Source: the human T2T-CHM13v2.0 reference genome, Homo sapiens. From it: 64,000 bases of DNA. The notes under the pieces were generated by a model, which was given only the letters and a program-made list of their open reading frames with translations, was not told the origin of the DNA and ran no database searches. Below, piece after piece: positions 1 through 17,490 of the stretch; position 1 is the stretch's first letter, and each line of letters opens with the position of its first letter. The translations under genes and the position numbers were made by a program. Where the stretch lies: the NCBI RefSeq assembly GCF_009914755.1, contig NC_060926.1; one strand, given 5' to 3'.

Positions 1-695
1 ATCCAATATTCATCCATTTGTCACCGTCTCTACTGCTAACTGCGTTAGCCCAAGCCACTTCCATGCCTTACCACAGTAGCTTTTCACTTAGTCTCCCTGA
101 TGCCAAGCTTGCCCTCTAAAACCCATTCTTTGCATAACAGCTAGAAGGAACTTAAAAAACTCTAAATTACTCCCATATAGAAAACCCTTTCAGAATAAAG
201 CCCAAATACCTTGCCAGATCATGCAAGCCCAACCTTCTGTAGCCCTGCACGCTTCCCTGACCATATTATGTGCCACAGAAAACTCATTCCTACCCCTGAG
301 TCTCTGCACTTCCTTGGCAAGGCAGGTTCTGTTCTCAGACATTTACCTTATCGGCTTCTGGGCATTTTATGACGGCTTGAATGTGGCTCCCTTGGAAAGG
401 CCTTCCTGTCCACCTGATCTAAAATAGTGCCTCCTTGTGAGATTTTGAGATTAAAAAATAAAATAAAATAAAATAGTGCCTCCTCCACCTCATCCCCAAG
501 TAACTCTATCCCAGTGTGTGGTTTCAGTTGCCTCACACCACACTACAGTACCTGCATTATCTTTTTTATTCACTAGTCTGTTAACTATATTCTACTCTGT
601 CTTATTTACCACTCTATTCCCAGAGTCTAGAATGTACCAGGCAAATCACAGGCATTTAATAAATACTGATTAAATGAAGGCATGAACAAATGAAC
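1..695 (+). mobile_element. Degraded LINE2 3' portion
   Basis: Ends in an L2-type 3' tail (ttaataaatactgattaaatgaa...tgaacaaatgaa); boundaries approximate. Confidence 0.65.
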
Positions 696-2063
696 AAAAA
701 ACAAAGGGGAGCTTGTGCCTTCTGACTCCAAGTCTGAGTCTCTTCCTATTAAAGCATGATTTTTTTCTGTGTTACAGTGACAACTCTAAATGTTAGCCCA
801 TTCTGCCTTGCATGAAAGCCTGTCACCTCCTAGAATTGTCCCATATATGAGTTTAGGTTTGTGTAGCCTAGCTTCTGTATCCCTTCCCAGGCTCAAATCT
901 GACTTTCACTAGTGTCCTATGTTCTCAATACACCAGCAACACCGAATTGCTTACAATACTAATAATCCAGTTTTAGAACTTCTGCAGTAATTATCAAGAC
1001 AGACTTGCAGCTTCACGAATCGATTGTTTTGCAAATGATGCTTCTTCTACCTAGAGTACTCCTGCCCATCTTGTTTCTGGGACAAGCTCTTAATCAGCCT
1101 TTAAAACTAATCTCAAATCCAAACCTGTCTATGGCCCCTTCCATGTGCCTTCCCTTTGGAGTTAATCGTCCACTCCAGCAGTGTATCTTCTATAGCCATC
1201 CATTATTGCACTTGTAATTCTGGTTATGACATTATAATTGCTCTCAAGTCTGGGATGCCAGGGCCCACAGTTGCTGTCATCTCTGTATCCCTAGGTCTTA
1301 GCTCAGTGCCTAGCACATAATCATCAACAAACTTGCGAAGCTGAGTGCTCAGTAAATCTAACCCCTCTCTCATAATATATGAGGATAGCTAGCATGTTAT
1401 TCGTTGCTTACTCTCCTCCCAAGTCTTCTCTGCTCCAAGCTAAACCTGTAAACCAGGAGACAATGATGAGGAAAGGCAGACAGATGTTTATACTTGTAAA
1501 GCAAAGCTAAAGAAGGCAGAAAAATATTAACATAAATAAATATGTATTAATATATACTAATTACCTCACCACATACTCCTGGTGATAGGACTATGTTGAC
1601 TTTTATTTTTCTCTATGATCTACTCTGTTTTTCTGAAAGTGTATGATATGTCTTGTTAAATTCAATATGTTCTCCTTCAATTCCTTTAACAAGTCCCTCA
1701 TTCGAATTTTCCTAGTATTATTAATTATGTATTGTTCATTATTTATGTATTATTATTATTAATACTCAAGGTCAACTTCTTCAGTTTCTATTCTGCCTAC
1801 TTACCCACCAAATCTTGTCAACTCCCTGTCTGCGATTCCTCTCATGCTGAATCCTTTTTGTCTATTTTCTTATATCCTAGTACAGGTTCCTATCAACACA
1901 TGCCATGATGAATGGATTATATCCTGCTAGACTTCTATGGCCAATGTTTCCCTCATTCTAAATCACTTCATGTGCAGTTAAAATGACCTTCCTTTAATTA
2001 CTATCTTCAGTAAGCCACTCCCTCAGCCCTCGGAGACTCGTGGAATAATCCTTTAAATCCTCC

Positions 2064-2410
2064 TGTTATGGGTCCGATGTTTGTGTCCCCCAGAGTTCAT
2101 ATGTTGAAACCTAATCACCAATATAATAGTATTAGGAGATGGGGGCAGGAGGTGACCTAAGAGGTAATTAGGAATTAATACCCTTATAAAAGAAGCCTGA
2201 GAGAGCAAGCACCCTCAGCCCTTAGACCATATGAAGATGGAGGGAGAAGATGCTATCTACACACAAGGAAATGGACTGTCATCAGACACCATATCTGCCA
2301 GTGCCTCAATCTTGGCCTTCACAGCTCCAGAATCATGAGAAATAAATTTCTGTTGCTTATAGGCCACCCAGCTTACAGTGCTTTGTTATAGCAGCCCAAT
2401 GAACTCAAAC
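2064..2410 (+). mobile_element. MaLR solo LTR (MLT1A-like)
   Basis: tgttatggg...tgtgtccccc start; aataaatttctgttg...tttgttatagcagccc end. Confidence 0.8.
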
Positions 2411-2557
2411 GGTTTCTTTGGACTAAACCGGTTAAAGTGTACAGTGCTCAACACAAAGCTTGGAACACACTAAATGCTCTGGAAACATTCGCCATTATCA
2501 TTCCTGCTATTACTACAGAAACAACGATCATTTGCTTTGGCCTGTTGTTTTCTTTCA

Positions 2558-2746
<189 letters not shown>

Positions 2747-3116
2747 CTATGATGTGAAAACTATCTACTCACTTCAGTCTGCATTTCAAAAGAATCATAG
2801 GATACCTACATCATGTGTCATCATTTTAATCCCCCAATGCTTTTTTCTTTGCTGTAAATTCATACATAAAACATGGCTGTTCTTAATTACACTAAAATTC
2901 AGTTAAGTAATATTTCTAGTTACTATGAACATTTTAATGCATTCTTACGTATTTTAAATGATCTGATTCTTTTTCCAGTATCCCACAGATCAAGAAATTA
3001 AAGAAATTTATATTCTACTTGGGTTTTGTGATTCCTTTCTTTATATTAATTAAACATTGAGGATTAGAAGAGGTTTCTGGTGAATTCTGTTTTTTGAGTT
3101 GGATTACCAGATCTTA

Positions 3117-3341
<225 letters not shown>

Positions 3342-4027
3342 CTAGAGTTACATTCCAGCAGCATTTAAGAGATGGGACTCAACTGCTCCCCAAGAGTCTA
3401 GAACTTTTCACTATCTTCTCAGCTTCAACTATTTCCTCCTCCAACCCCCATTCCCTGGACTTCTTGGCCACCTGCTGTTTAAATTACACTGCATTAAATT
3501 TCTTCTGTCCATTGTTTGGGGAACATCTTCCTGGCAAATTAATAACACTAAAAAAATTCTGTGGCCCTTAACTAAAGAAAAGTAAATTCCTATATTGTTA
3601 AAGGAAAAAAAACTTTATGTTCCACAGCAATTAATTCTTGAAAAAGAATGACTCATCTAAAAAGCTTAGGTTGATAATAATGAGAAGCCACAAATAAAGA
3701 TTCTAGAGACTAGAAAAGATGTTTGGCTTTAAATAACAAATGTATATGTTCTGCTTTAGTAAACATCAATGCTTGGGCTGACTAAAGGGGTCACATTTAT
3801 TTATTTGTTCTCTAGTTTCCAAACAAGGTATATATGTGGGTGAGTATTATTATTTTTTTTTAATCAAGAGAAGTCCAATTGAAGTCTGGGAATCAAAAGC
3901 GGTAACAGCTACACTTTAACGACAGGACACACAAAGATCAAAGAGACAACCATGTCTTCTACTTTGTGCCAAGTAAAAATTAGCCCAACCACAAAATACA
4001 ACAGTCACAGCAAAATGTTCATCCTCA

Positions 4028-4207
<180 letters not shown>

Positions 4208-6859
4208 TTAGGAGGAGGAGCTGAGATGATTAATAGGGTTCATTAAGTTTGGCATGTGTTTTCTTTCTCTGACATGCTATAATCTGAGACTAATAACATA
4301 CATCTCACTGCACTATCCCATACTTCTCCCCAGTTCACTCCAGAATCTGTTGTGACTGATTATTTAGCCTATCCTGTGCATATAATACCAGTCCCTTAAA
4401 TAATCTTTAAATGTAGAGAATCTTTCCAAATTTGCCCACAGTGCTCACCCTTCACGTATGAGCCCCAGCATTTTAAAAATATATGTAGTTGGTTTCATAA
4501 CACTTTAGATATTCACGTCAAAATGGGTATTGATGTTTATTTTCACCAAAAAAACCTGATTTCTCCATGTCTTTTCTAGCTTCAATGAAAGCCTCATAGC
4601 TGGAGACTTCCACACGCATATTCATGCACAATTGTAGTAAATTTAGTCCTCAGAAAAAAATAACTAAAATAACTATGCTCGCCTAGTGATGAAACAGTAT
4701 CATTATCTACAAACTTCTATTTGCACTTTTCCAAAGATGACTACATTTTCAGAGCAAGGGCAATTTCTTGCTTCCCAACCTCAAATAAACATAACGTTTT
4801 AAAAGATTAATTTTATTTTTAAGTGTGTTAAATCTTTCTAGAGAGATATACAAGTGAATGTTCAGAAGGCAGATTGGTCTTCAGAGTCAGACACCCCACC
4901 TTTGTGACTCTCTAAAAGGCCATTCACCTACTGAAATCCACAGAGCATGAGCTGATCTTTTCAAAAGGCAAAATTTTGAAACTTATTACAAGTGTGAAGG
5001 GTAATTTGCACAGGAAACATGAAAACAGCAGAAATCTATTCTTTAACCAGGAAAATTCTTTGTGCATTTATATTTTTGTGTAAGTTATTTTTTGAAATTA
5101 ATAAGCATTTTTCTCCTGACACATTCAACTATCCCAAAACTGTCCATGTGATCACATGCTTATCAACAGACACAGTGGGGCTAATCCTGGAGACCAGAAG
5201 GAGGGCATATTTTCTCCTGACCACCTATGGCATTTGCTCTGTAAGGGAACAGGGCAAGTATCCCAACAGAGTCCTTAGGGTTGGAAAGACCTGCATGGTA
5301 GAGCTCAGCCTGCACCAGACCATTGCTGAAGGCCATCACCTCAGCTAGGAGCAGAAAGACATCTTTTGTTGATCTCAGCACATTGTAATTTATGACAAAT
5401 GGCAAAAGAAAGAGGAATTGGGCTGAACAAAAGCACCACACAGACAGCAAACAACTCAATGCCATTCATGTTCCAAGGTAACACAGACTCTACCATGAAA
5501 CACCCTGCCAAATCTGAATTCTTTGGGCACTGCAGTCCCATCAATAAGACATTTTCAAAAGACCTCACGCCCAGCCTGTTGATATGCTCACAAATAGCAA
5601 GTACATTAAAGCATCTTCAGGAACCATTTTTCAAAACACTTTGATTTATTTCACTGTTTTGCTCTGCTCCTTGCATGCTTTTCCATCTCAAAAGATTTTG
5701 GGAACCAATTACCCCTATCTCATTCCTTTCTCATCGGAGTCAGGGTAATTCAGGCACGTAGACATCAAATCAAATACACATGAAAAGAAATGACCAATTC
5801 TTCTCCAAAGAATGTTTACAGTAGCCCCAATTTTAAAAATGTAGAATAGGTCAATTCAGGATAAAAAAATAGAGACCAACTAGACCAGCTAAAGGAAACA
5901 GAGAGAGAAGATGCTGCCAAACTCCCAAGATTAGATTATTACTAAAATTTGGCTCTTAATTTTCTGGCAGTTATGGCAGAAAAGAAAACACATTGTTGCA
6001 TACTTTCCATTTTCTGACAAAAACAGTGAAAGAAATTCTCAAAGATGGAATTTTTTCCTGGAACTAACAAAGTAGGAATTTACCAAGTGAAATATGACTA
6101 TGGCTTGCTTGAGGTCTATATGTATAGCAAAATGGCTAGGTGGAAGAGAGAACAGCCAAATTAATGTGTCTTGCACATAGCATGTAATAAATGAAAAAAT
6201 AATTTAAAATGACACAAAGCCACAAAAAAGAATGATTCTTGTATTCATCTTCTACAAAGGCCAGTAATAGCCTTAATTTATAGTTCAATAAAGACCTTTC
6301 AATGTGCAATGGGGAGAATAAGAAAACAAGGACCAAAAATTTGCTTTCTAAGGTCATGGAACACTGAACACATATTAAAATTATCCCTATCAAATACTGT
6401 ATCTTCACACTGATGTAATTACTCAAGACCCCATAAAGACAAATTCTATAGTGCCAATTTCAAGTGAATGCTTGGCTCTGAATCAGGAAGGGCTGTTATG
6501 CTATTGGTTTATCCATGAACTACATATCCACTTCTACCCACGCTGTCAATATCATTCTACCCAGGCAAAGGCAGCAGAGGTGCCTGCAGGAAGGTTAGCT
6601 CTCTGTTGTATCTATCAAAGTTACTTTGCTGGGTACAACTGCTCCAACATCTTATATGTCTTTATATTGGGCCTGGTTTGTTTTTGGTATAAGAAAGCAT
6701 ATGAAAACTCATTTCATAGCATCAAAGTTTCTTTCAGATAGACAATGCTAAAATGAGATAGGCAGAGTTAGAAGACTGAGGACTTAACATTTACTTCCTT
6801 GTCTTGCCACATTGTCAAATATGTTATATAATCAGGGTGCAGTGAAAACGAGAGCAACG

Positions 6860-6863
<4 letters not shown>

Positions 6864-6900
<37 letters not shown>
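6864..6900. repeat. (TG)n microsatellite
   Basis: About 18 perfect units. Confidence 0.98.
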
Positions 6901-6903
<3 letters not shown>

Positions 6904-7319
6904 GCACTGAATTGGGAGGTAGAAGGCCTGATTTCTGGCTGTGGCTTGACACACTTTCACTACAAGACCTTAAAAAAAGTCACTACACCCCTATGAATCA
7001 CAGTTTTGAAAAATTAGAGGACACAATCAAACAATTGCAAAGGTCTCTTCCAGTTCTAGTATTCTAGGAATCTATAAAATTATGCCCATTTTATTATATT
7101 AAGTTCAGCAAGAACCTAGTAACATTTTATGTCTAGGCTAGCCTTACAGGGCCAGGAGATTTGAGTCCCTGAGGGACAGGGCTCCACAAACACCTGACAA
7201 TCCTATTTTAGCCATGACAGCTCCAATGTTATTGCTGTGTATATTGGTGTTCCACATAATATTTCATTTGCATAAATAGCTTCATGACAATAATAAGGTT
7301 TGAAAACTATTACCTACAG

Positions 7320-7510
7320 AAATGTTTCTCAAGGCAGGTGGACTCTGACAACATGTGCCAGAATCACTCTGAGGATCAATAAAAATGCAGATTCCTATGA
7401 TGCACCCCAGGTCTTCAGAATCAGACTATCTGAAGCTAGGGCTCAGTTATCTACACTTTTAACAACCTTCTCGGCTTATTCCTAGACACACTAAAATTTG
7501 AGCAACACTG
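7320..7510. mobile_element. MER5-like hAT-Charlie DNA transposon
   Basis: gtttctcaa...aaaatgcagattcct...aaaatttgagcaacactg with degenerate terminal inverted repeats. Confidence 0.7.
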
Positions 7511-7594
7511 ACACAAATTAATAAGAACTTAAAACAGTAGCTAGTTTGCTGAACAAACCCATGAGGCAAATGCTAGATTTCTCAGAGACCATGA

Positions 7595-7935
<341 letters not shown>

Positions 7936-9879
7936 ACCCTAAACCTTGCCTAAAATCCAGGTGCAAGTAGACTCTTAGACACCCTAAGACTTAAATATAA
8001 ATAGGCGCTTTTCAGTGGCTGGACATGAAGGGAAAGTCGGAGAATTAGAAAGTGGGTAAAACTACTCCAAGGTTACTGTCACAGCACTGGTCTCCTCAGC
8101 AGGGAACAGAGGCAGGTAGAACGTAAGGTCTTCAGAGTTTACAGTTTTTAAAATCAACATATGTGGGAAGGGCGCAGGGTTGTTTCTGTGATCCCTCTGC
8201 TCATCTCATCATCCTTTCCCACTCCCTTCAAATCAGACCTCGGTCTCCACTGGACCACTTGGCTTATGATCGGATGAGGTGTGAATACATCTCAGTGGAT
8301 GCTGATATTGAGAAGTTAACAACTAAACAGCATGAATTACAACGTATCAGGGATGGGTGGGGGGGTGCTATGGGTAGGGTTTTGAATTGGTTATCATTGG
8401 ATTTAGTAAAATCAAGCACCTGATTGTTGTGAAATAAATGTATAAATCCACTATAAAAAACTATAATAACCACAGGTATCATCACCAAAATGGCGAGATG
8501 ATTAAGTTCTAATGAACTAAAGGTACTTTCAAGGAAAATTATAAGCTTTGTGATAAATGACAGATGACAGTGTTTAAAAATATTTTTTTCTTATTTGAAC
8601 ACTCAAGGAAGTAAAATTCCATTTGTATAAAGTACAAAAGTAGGCTAAACTTATCTATGACTTTAGGAATCAGGACGGTAGGTCCATTTCCCCATACGGA
8701 GTTGCGGTCAGTGATTGAAAGGGGGTACAAAGGGGACTTCTAGAATGCTGATGGCGTGGCCTGCCATGTATGTTTAGTAGAAAGAATTCGGGAGGCCATA
8801 TGTGCTCTTTTCTGCTATTTTATTTGAACAAAAAGTTTTTTAAAAAGTCAAGTAGTTGCATATTTGGCACTTTAATCTTCAATTTTTAATAAGGTAGCTT
8901 TTTAGTTTAAAAGTATCCATTTTTTCCTCAAAACAAAGTTGTAACCTTAGAGAATAAGAGTCCCTAACCCTAAACATAGTAGAAATTCTAAGTTTAGATT
9001 AATTATACTTTTCAGATTCACTGCATGGTTTTAGGCCTTCATTTTAAAAAATACTTTAATAATGAAAGTATACAACCACAAAAATGATAAATGTTCCCCC
9101 ATAGTTTGAACCCCTCACATAAGTAATAGACGAGTCCTAACAATATGCAACATCCTGGGATCCTATCAGAGTCCACTAACCCAGACTGTTCATCTTGAAT
9201 CTAGGCCTATTCCTAGAAAAACTACCATTTTGGGGGAAAAACGTTTATACAACAATTCCATATTGTCTCCAATGCAGCAATGGGTTAAGTCACAATTACA
9301 CTGGAATCAATAAGAGAAAAAGAAAATAGTTTTTCAGAGGGGCTGGGCTGGCGATTCTTTTTTCACTCATCTTAATGCTAAAAAGACCAACATTTGTCAC
9401 ACCGATAATATTTTAGAGGGCTTTAGCCCTCAACTACCTCTAGCTGACAGGACCATCAGTAACATCAGAATGAGAAGATACAGAAAATTCTTAAGGCATT
9501 CTGGGCATAATTGAGTCCAAGCTACTTCCCTGGGAGGCTCTCAACAGTGTCATGCTGACTCCAAGGCCTGGAACTTTCTTATTTTTTACGAATCATTAGA
9601 ATATCTCTCAACCAGAGCTGGAGTTACACAAGCCACCAAGGCCACAGTGCACTCTGTGTGGTCTAAGGCAAGAGTAAGATTTTGAGAACCAATTGGTAGA
9701 TCACCATCACCACTGATCAAACTTAGTACTAAGTCCAAGATCTGTTCCCTTCTTGAGATGGGAGAAATAAGAATGAAAAAAGAAGAAAGCAAACAAGTAA
9801 ATCCCTGAAAATATGATGAAAAGGTGCTAAAATAACAAGAACAACAATAATAATGATAAAGAGAAAGAAAAAAGAATCA

Positions 9880-10133
<254 letters not shown>

Positions 10134-11258
10134 ATGGTGGCCATCAAAGCTCAAACTACACTGCTTCAGTAGCTTGTCCCTAGGGTAGAAAGAGAGTGAC
10201 CTGCACAGAGAGGAAAGGTGCTGCTGGGTCTAATACAGATGCTGAATAGAGCACATCTATCTGGACCACATGATGTTGGCTCAAACCCCTGCAGCCACTT
10301 CCCTAATAGGTGAGGGGCCTCCTTGGGGAGGGCCTCTTTGCATAACTCTATCCCAGAAGAAGAGAAAGCTGAGCACCTTTTGAGTCTTCCTGGTGGGTCT
10401 GACCTCAAAGCACTGCAATATATTGAAGTTTCAGTGAAACCCCCAAACCCTCTGATGTGAGGCATTGGTGGTGCCCAATAAATAACATATCACCGTGTAA
10501 GCCACCCTCTGCCTCAAACCAGACTTTCAGAATTTACATTCATCTACCCACACAATAGGCCCTTCCCTTCCAATCTCAGATCAGAATACCTGATAGAGGA
10601 GAGGGAATATTTGAGACTCTGTGTCAACTTTTACTTGCATGAAATCTTAAACAAATTACTTAATTTATCTGGGCTTCAGTTTCTGCAACTATAAAATAAA
10701 AGAATCAGATTAGCTGACTTCTGTGCAACAACCTATTAATTACAGACAAGACCTGCTTCACCTACCTCACAAAATTATTGAAAGAACAAAAAATAAAGGA
10801 AAGCATGCAAAAGTGTGCTTTGTAAAGTGTAAATCACCGCAAAAATGAAGTTATAATAACTAACAGTGTTAAAAATCACAACTGTTAGCCTTAAAATTCA
10901 ATCAGGTCATTTAAGAGATGGGCCAATCTGCACGATCCAGCCAGACACCCCAAGCTGAGCCCAGAAGCCACAAGACACCACAGAGTGTAGATGCCACAGC
11001 TGTAAGTCAGACGCATGACCAGAGGTGGTAGCAAAGTTGTCCAGTTAGAAAAGGAGGGCAGGGATCCAGCTGAGGTGAGGACAGACAAGTAGCAAGGGCA
11101 GCCAAGCGATTAACACTGTCACAAGGATGAGACACACATGGGAATGGGAGACAGAGCTGAACAGCAATCAGGTATGCTCAGATCACAATCCACAACCTAT
11201 CCATGAGAATACACATCCCCAGATTTGCAAGTTGCTTGGTCCTACAGCACGAGTGTAT

Positions 11259-11260
<2 letters not shown>

Positions 11261-11297
<37 letters not shown>
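11261..11297. repeat. (GT)n microsatellite
   Basis: About 18 perfect units. Confidence 0.98.
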
Positions 11298-11298
<1 letters not shown>

Positions 11299-11414
11299 AT
11301 AACTTATATTTTTAGAGGGAGGCATCTTCACTTCTGAGTTTTTAAAATATAAAAATTCTGTTTATATTTTACAAAAAAAAGTTATTTACCAAGTATTAAA
11401 TAAATTAGCACAGA

Positions 11415-11630
11415 TAAGTGTTTCTTAGAGTGCACACTGTTGAATTTTGGGTGGGACAATTCTTAGTTGTATCAGACTGTCTCCCCATTGCAGGATGTTT
11501 GATACACTGGCCCCCCACCCACTAAATGCCAGTAGCACCCTTCAACCACTGTTATACTGAAAGGCCACCCCACCTCAACTCTAAACATCGTGTAGTGGGA
11601 GGCACCCCCTGCCATCACTGAAAACCTCTG
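11415..11630 (-). mobile_element. MER20-like DNA transposon
   Basis: cattgcaggatgttt...cccactaaatgccagtagcaccc resembles the MER20 reverse complement. Confidence 0.7.
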
Positions 11631-13380
11631 AATAAGAGGGAACACTTCTTAAGAATTTTTCTCCTGTTTGTCAGTCACTGATTAAATACCATGAGTCACT
11701 AAGTTGCCTTTACTTTTGCAAATACATCAACTCATTAAAAGGAACTGCCAATTGTAAAAAAAATTTCCCAAGATGTATCTACGGGTGTAATGCAAACACC
11801 AATATTTAAACAATACATTGAGATGTCACAAACATCTTATGTCATTTATGAATTACGGTCATAATTTCAGCAGGAAAGTATCTGTCTTTATTAAATACAA
11901 TCAGGAGACCAAACTTGTATACAGCAAAAATTACAGCAATTGGATGTGGCTAGGAAGACGTGATTTATCAACACACTTCTGCAATGCTCCTGTCCAACCC
12001 TCTGAAACTCTAAATGACTATTAATCTGTATATACATAAAAATAAAGCTCTCCCAGAACTCTCTCCTAGTGTTCTGAATTTGTTTTGCTCCAATTATACC
12101 TAAATATCTTCCAGAAACATTTTCCTTTTTTGACTCATCTTTTCTCTAAAGGTTTACCAATTGTTTTATCAATAAGGAAGTTTTCTGTGGCCCTCTCGGG
12201 TCCCTGGGCCCCTCTACCTGCTTAAGATGATACAAGGTTAATTAATCTCTCAGTCCATTTTATTTTAAACTGCTTAAAATATGTTTGTTATGAGTCACGG
12301 CCCTTAGTTATCCAAATAAACAAACAAGGGAAAGATCTGTGCCCAAAAGAATTTCAAAAGGATTAAGCTGATATTTTGATAAACTCTTCATAGTACCATT
12401 CAGCTCTTTTGTCACTACTTGCCAGACTAATCACTCAGAATTGTAACCCTTTAAACGCGTCCCCTCCCTTCTTTATGTTCCACCATTTTTAAAACAGAGG
12501 AACCAAAGCATCAGCCTGTTGTCATGGTCACATATAAGATGGGTAAGTGGAGGGGGTGAGCAAGAAGGGAAAGCGGTAAGGCAAAAGGGTATACCTTCCA
12601 GTGTTTTTTTTAAAGCAATGTTTACCAGGCTTTATCAATATTCATCAAAATGCATTGCTCTCATAGAGCTACATCTCTTTAAAGGACTGTCGAAATTTAA
12701 ATAGAGTTTACACTTCATTTGGATTATGATTGGCTAAGGGTATCACTCATACCTTTGAATACAGATTATGTAACTATATCCCAGCATCCCTAATCCTCCA
12801 CCATTTCTCCTTAAGTGCTAAGTGTTTTCTGAAAGTGAAATAAATGAAATGTCTTTCAAGTCCCCAGCTAATTGTCCTATCCCAAATAACTAGTAGACTA
12901 ATTTCTGAAATTAACAATACTTCTCGCATATCCCTAAGAAAAAAAATCAGAACCTTGTGCTTAATGATTTTAAATGCTGTAAGTGAACAAAAAGGCAGTA
13001 TATTACATAGAGTGAGGTTTTTCTAAGAGAGTGTACCAATTTGTCTATTAGCTGAAAGAACATTCATGCTGTGGTTAGGCATAATTTAAAACAATTCTAT
13101 TATGCACCCAATTTCCCAAAATATCTGGATCTACCTCCATTATTATTTACCCCATGGGCAACACAGGATTTACAGCTGCCCTTTCTTTCAGCATAATGGT
13201 GCCAGAGAAGAGTCATTGGCCTAGCACGTCCCGGACTACACCTGCTATGTCAAGTGGCAACCCCCAGATTCCTTCCGCTTGAAGACCATGTATCCATCTT
13301 TTGAGACTCATGGGAATGGGTCTGCCTGTCACCTTTCACCGTTTGATTAAGGTGGGCCCTTTTAACTAACAGGTCCTCAC

Positions 13381-13476
13381 TTGGTGGGAGAGCCTCGTCC
13401 ACCCTCTGGTACCGGCTAACATCCTGGCGCACTGAAGGTAGTGATCGCAGTGGCTGGTGGCCGTTGGCTTGAGAAC
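13381..13476 (-). CDS. HECW2: HECW2 exon ~10 (96 nt): (G)[31 protein letters not shown](N)
   Basis: tcctag|GTTCTC...CACCAA|gtgagg; ends in the LPP start of WW1. Confidence 0.96.
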
Positions 13477-14620
13477 CTAGGATTAAAGGTAGAAAGTTAC
13501 CAGGTATTGTTTTCTCTTTCAGTATCAAAACAGACTCTATACAAAAAACCTAACATAATTCCCAAGGCTAGTTTCTTTTCTCTGTTTAGTCTCATTTCCC
13601 ATATGAGGACCTAGAAACAAAAGAAGAGAATAGGAGGTGAATGCTTAGAAGAGGGCTTCCTGAAGAAATGTCCTCTGCATGTATCCCCCGCTCCTGCAGC
13701 TTCCCCTGCCTCATCCCTCACCCATAACGGCCTCTGTCCTGGTCATGCGCTAATGCTTTAGGGTCACATGGTGGCTACAATATAATGAAGGAAACAAAAT
13801 TTAAAAAAAAAAAGGAGGAGGAAGAAAAGAAGGGGATCATGTAGGTAGAAAAATACATTACAGAAAAAGAAAATCATTCCTATTTCTGAGTTATGCCAGC
13901 CAGACATATGAAATTGCTCTTTGATTTTTAATGCATCCTTACAGGGCATATTAAAGGAATCATTCTAGAGAGCTGCATTCACTGAGCGTAATACAAATTT
14001 CAGGTGTAAATTTGTGTCCTTGGATACAAAAACAGCTTATTCTCCAAGTCAGAAGACATCACCTAACTTAGTTGACATTCCTAAATTGTAGAAGACAAAA
14101 ACACTACCTTTGATGCATAGCATACATTAATCTTCCACTGTGAAATTTTAGAAAGGAAGAGTGGCTAGGTGTTTCTCATAACCTTTGCAGATTACACTAA
14201 GGTTGAAGCTGCCAGCCTGTTTGGTTGTGTATCTACAAACCCAGGTTCCAATAGAGACCCATTATTTAAGTTTGAAGATTGCTGTTTAACAGGCCTGTTA
14301 CTTCAGCAGCAGAAGAGCCATTTTTTAAAAGAGCACTGAATTTGAACTCAAGCCCATCTGGATGCAAACCATGCTGCCTTCTTCCTAGCTATGTGATTAA
14401 GTCCCAAGGTCTCCCCGCTCAGAAACAGGAGGCCTAATCTAGAGGAAGGGTTTCAGCTGCCCACTCATTTGTTACCTGTTTCCTTCTCTTCCTGGCCCTG
14501 TTTTCAATCTTGCCTCTCTTCTTGCCTGCTGAACCTCAAGGTGAGGAATTCAGGTCATATGTAACCTGCAGCCTTATTTACATTGAGGGGAAAACTACAG
14601 AACTTCTCTCTGCACAGCTA

Positions 14621-16066
<1,446 letters not shown>

Positions 16067-16437
16067 TTATGACTTATTTGCTTTGCCACCAATAAGTTCA
16101 AAGAAATCAGTCATTCTGAGGGCTTTCTACTGACTTGCTAAGATTCACCACTCACTACTAAATGAGGAGACTGCTAGTCAGCTTGGCACAGGAGCTATGT
16201 ATGTTAGCATGGCTGAAAACTCTACAGCCCAGTTTCAAAATGCAGGCATCAATCTAAGAGACATTTTTGGGCAAACAGCCTTTCCTACTTGCTTAGAAAA
16301 TTTCAGCAGGTAATTATTTGACAGCTATTTTACTTTCAAAACAGAACATGAATTCAATTCTGTTCAGAAGCAAACTGACAATCGAGTTAGGTTTAACAAG
16401 TTTTTCCTATAGCAATGTATTCATACAGATATATTTA

Positions 16438-16569
<132 letters not shown>

Positions 16570-17490
16570 TCATCCTGACTACGCTGGAGTCAGCCTTCGC
16601 CGTCTTTCCACAGGCCACCCACCAAATCCCTCCTATCTCTCTTAAAACTTTCAGACTCACAAGAACATTAAAGGCTCAAAGCCCATTATAGTCCAATGTA
16701 ATATTATTCATTCATACAAATGGAACACTTATAAACCCGGAGATAAAAGGAAATGTTGCCATAAGAAAAATTATTATTACGAGCACAAGACATCATATGC
16801 TATGTGATATTTTTAAGGACACTGATTCACTCTCTCACTTTTAAGGGTGACCAGGAAAAGGACATTTTGAAGGTCATAAAGGAGTTGTGAAAGGCCTCAA
16901 GTTTTAGGGGTTTTTTGACTCGGGTGTAAAAGGGGAGAGAGCCTGGTTCCTCGGCATTTAGCACAACAGAAAGCTGGTTCTAAAAGGACACTCACAGCTA
17001 AGGATTATCACCCAACATGGCACGTAGGGCACTGTGCTATGCCCTGAAGAACAGGAGCTGGGACTTAGGGGAGAGAAGCACAAGAACACAAGAATGAAAG
17101 CGCCCTTCATAGCCAAGACAGCAGCCCTGGCTGTGTGATGGGGAGAGGACCGCTAAGCTCTCCTTCCTCACCTGTAGAGTAAGGAGGCTGGAGCTGCTGG
17201 CCTTCCCTGCTGGGAAGCCTGGCCTATCACTGATTCTCAGGGTGCCTTGTAAGCAGTGCTGATGGGATGGTTGGCAAAGCCAGATGTGCCCCTGTGGTGG
17301 GGTCATATCCCAGATCTGGAAGCAGGTTTAGTTTTTGCCTTGCCTGGGCCCCGGGCTTGGACTGTCTGCCTCCTGAAGGATGGAGTTTTCCATCTGTTTC
17401 AAGTCTGTTTCTTTATCAAAGTCAAATGCAGTCATTTCATTTTCCTGCACACAAGTAACAATCTTATTCTGAATTAAATGACTTATTCTT

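Noticed and set aside
8163-8423. Helix-like peptide YDRMRCEYISVDADIEKLTTKQHELQRIR as a possible pseudogene fragment
   Set aside because: No family recognised, no poly(A) or TSD; a tBLASTn/BLASTp search would be needed.
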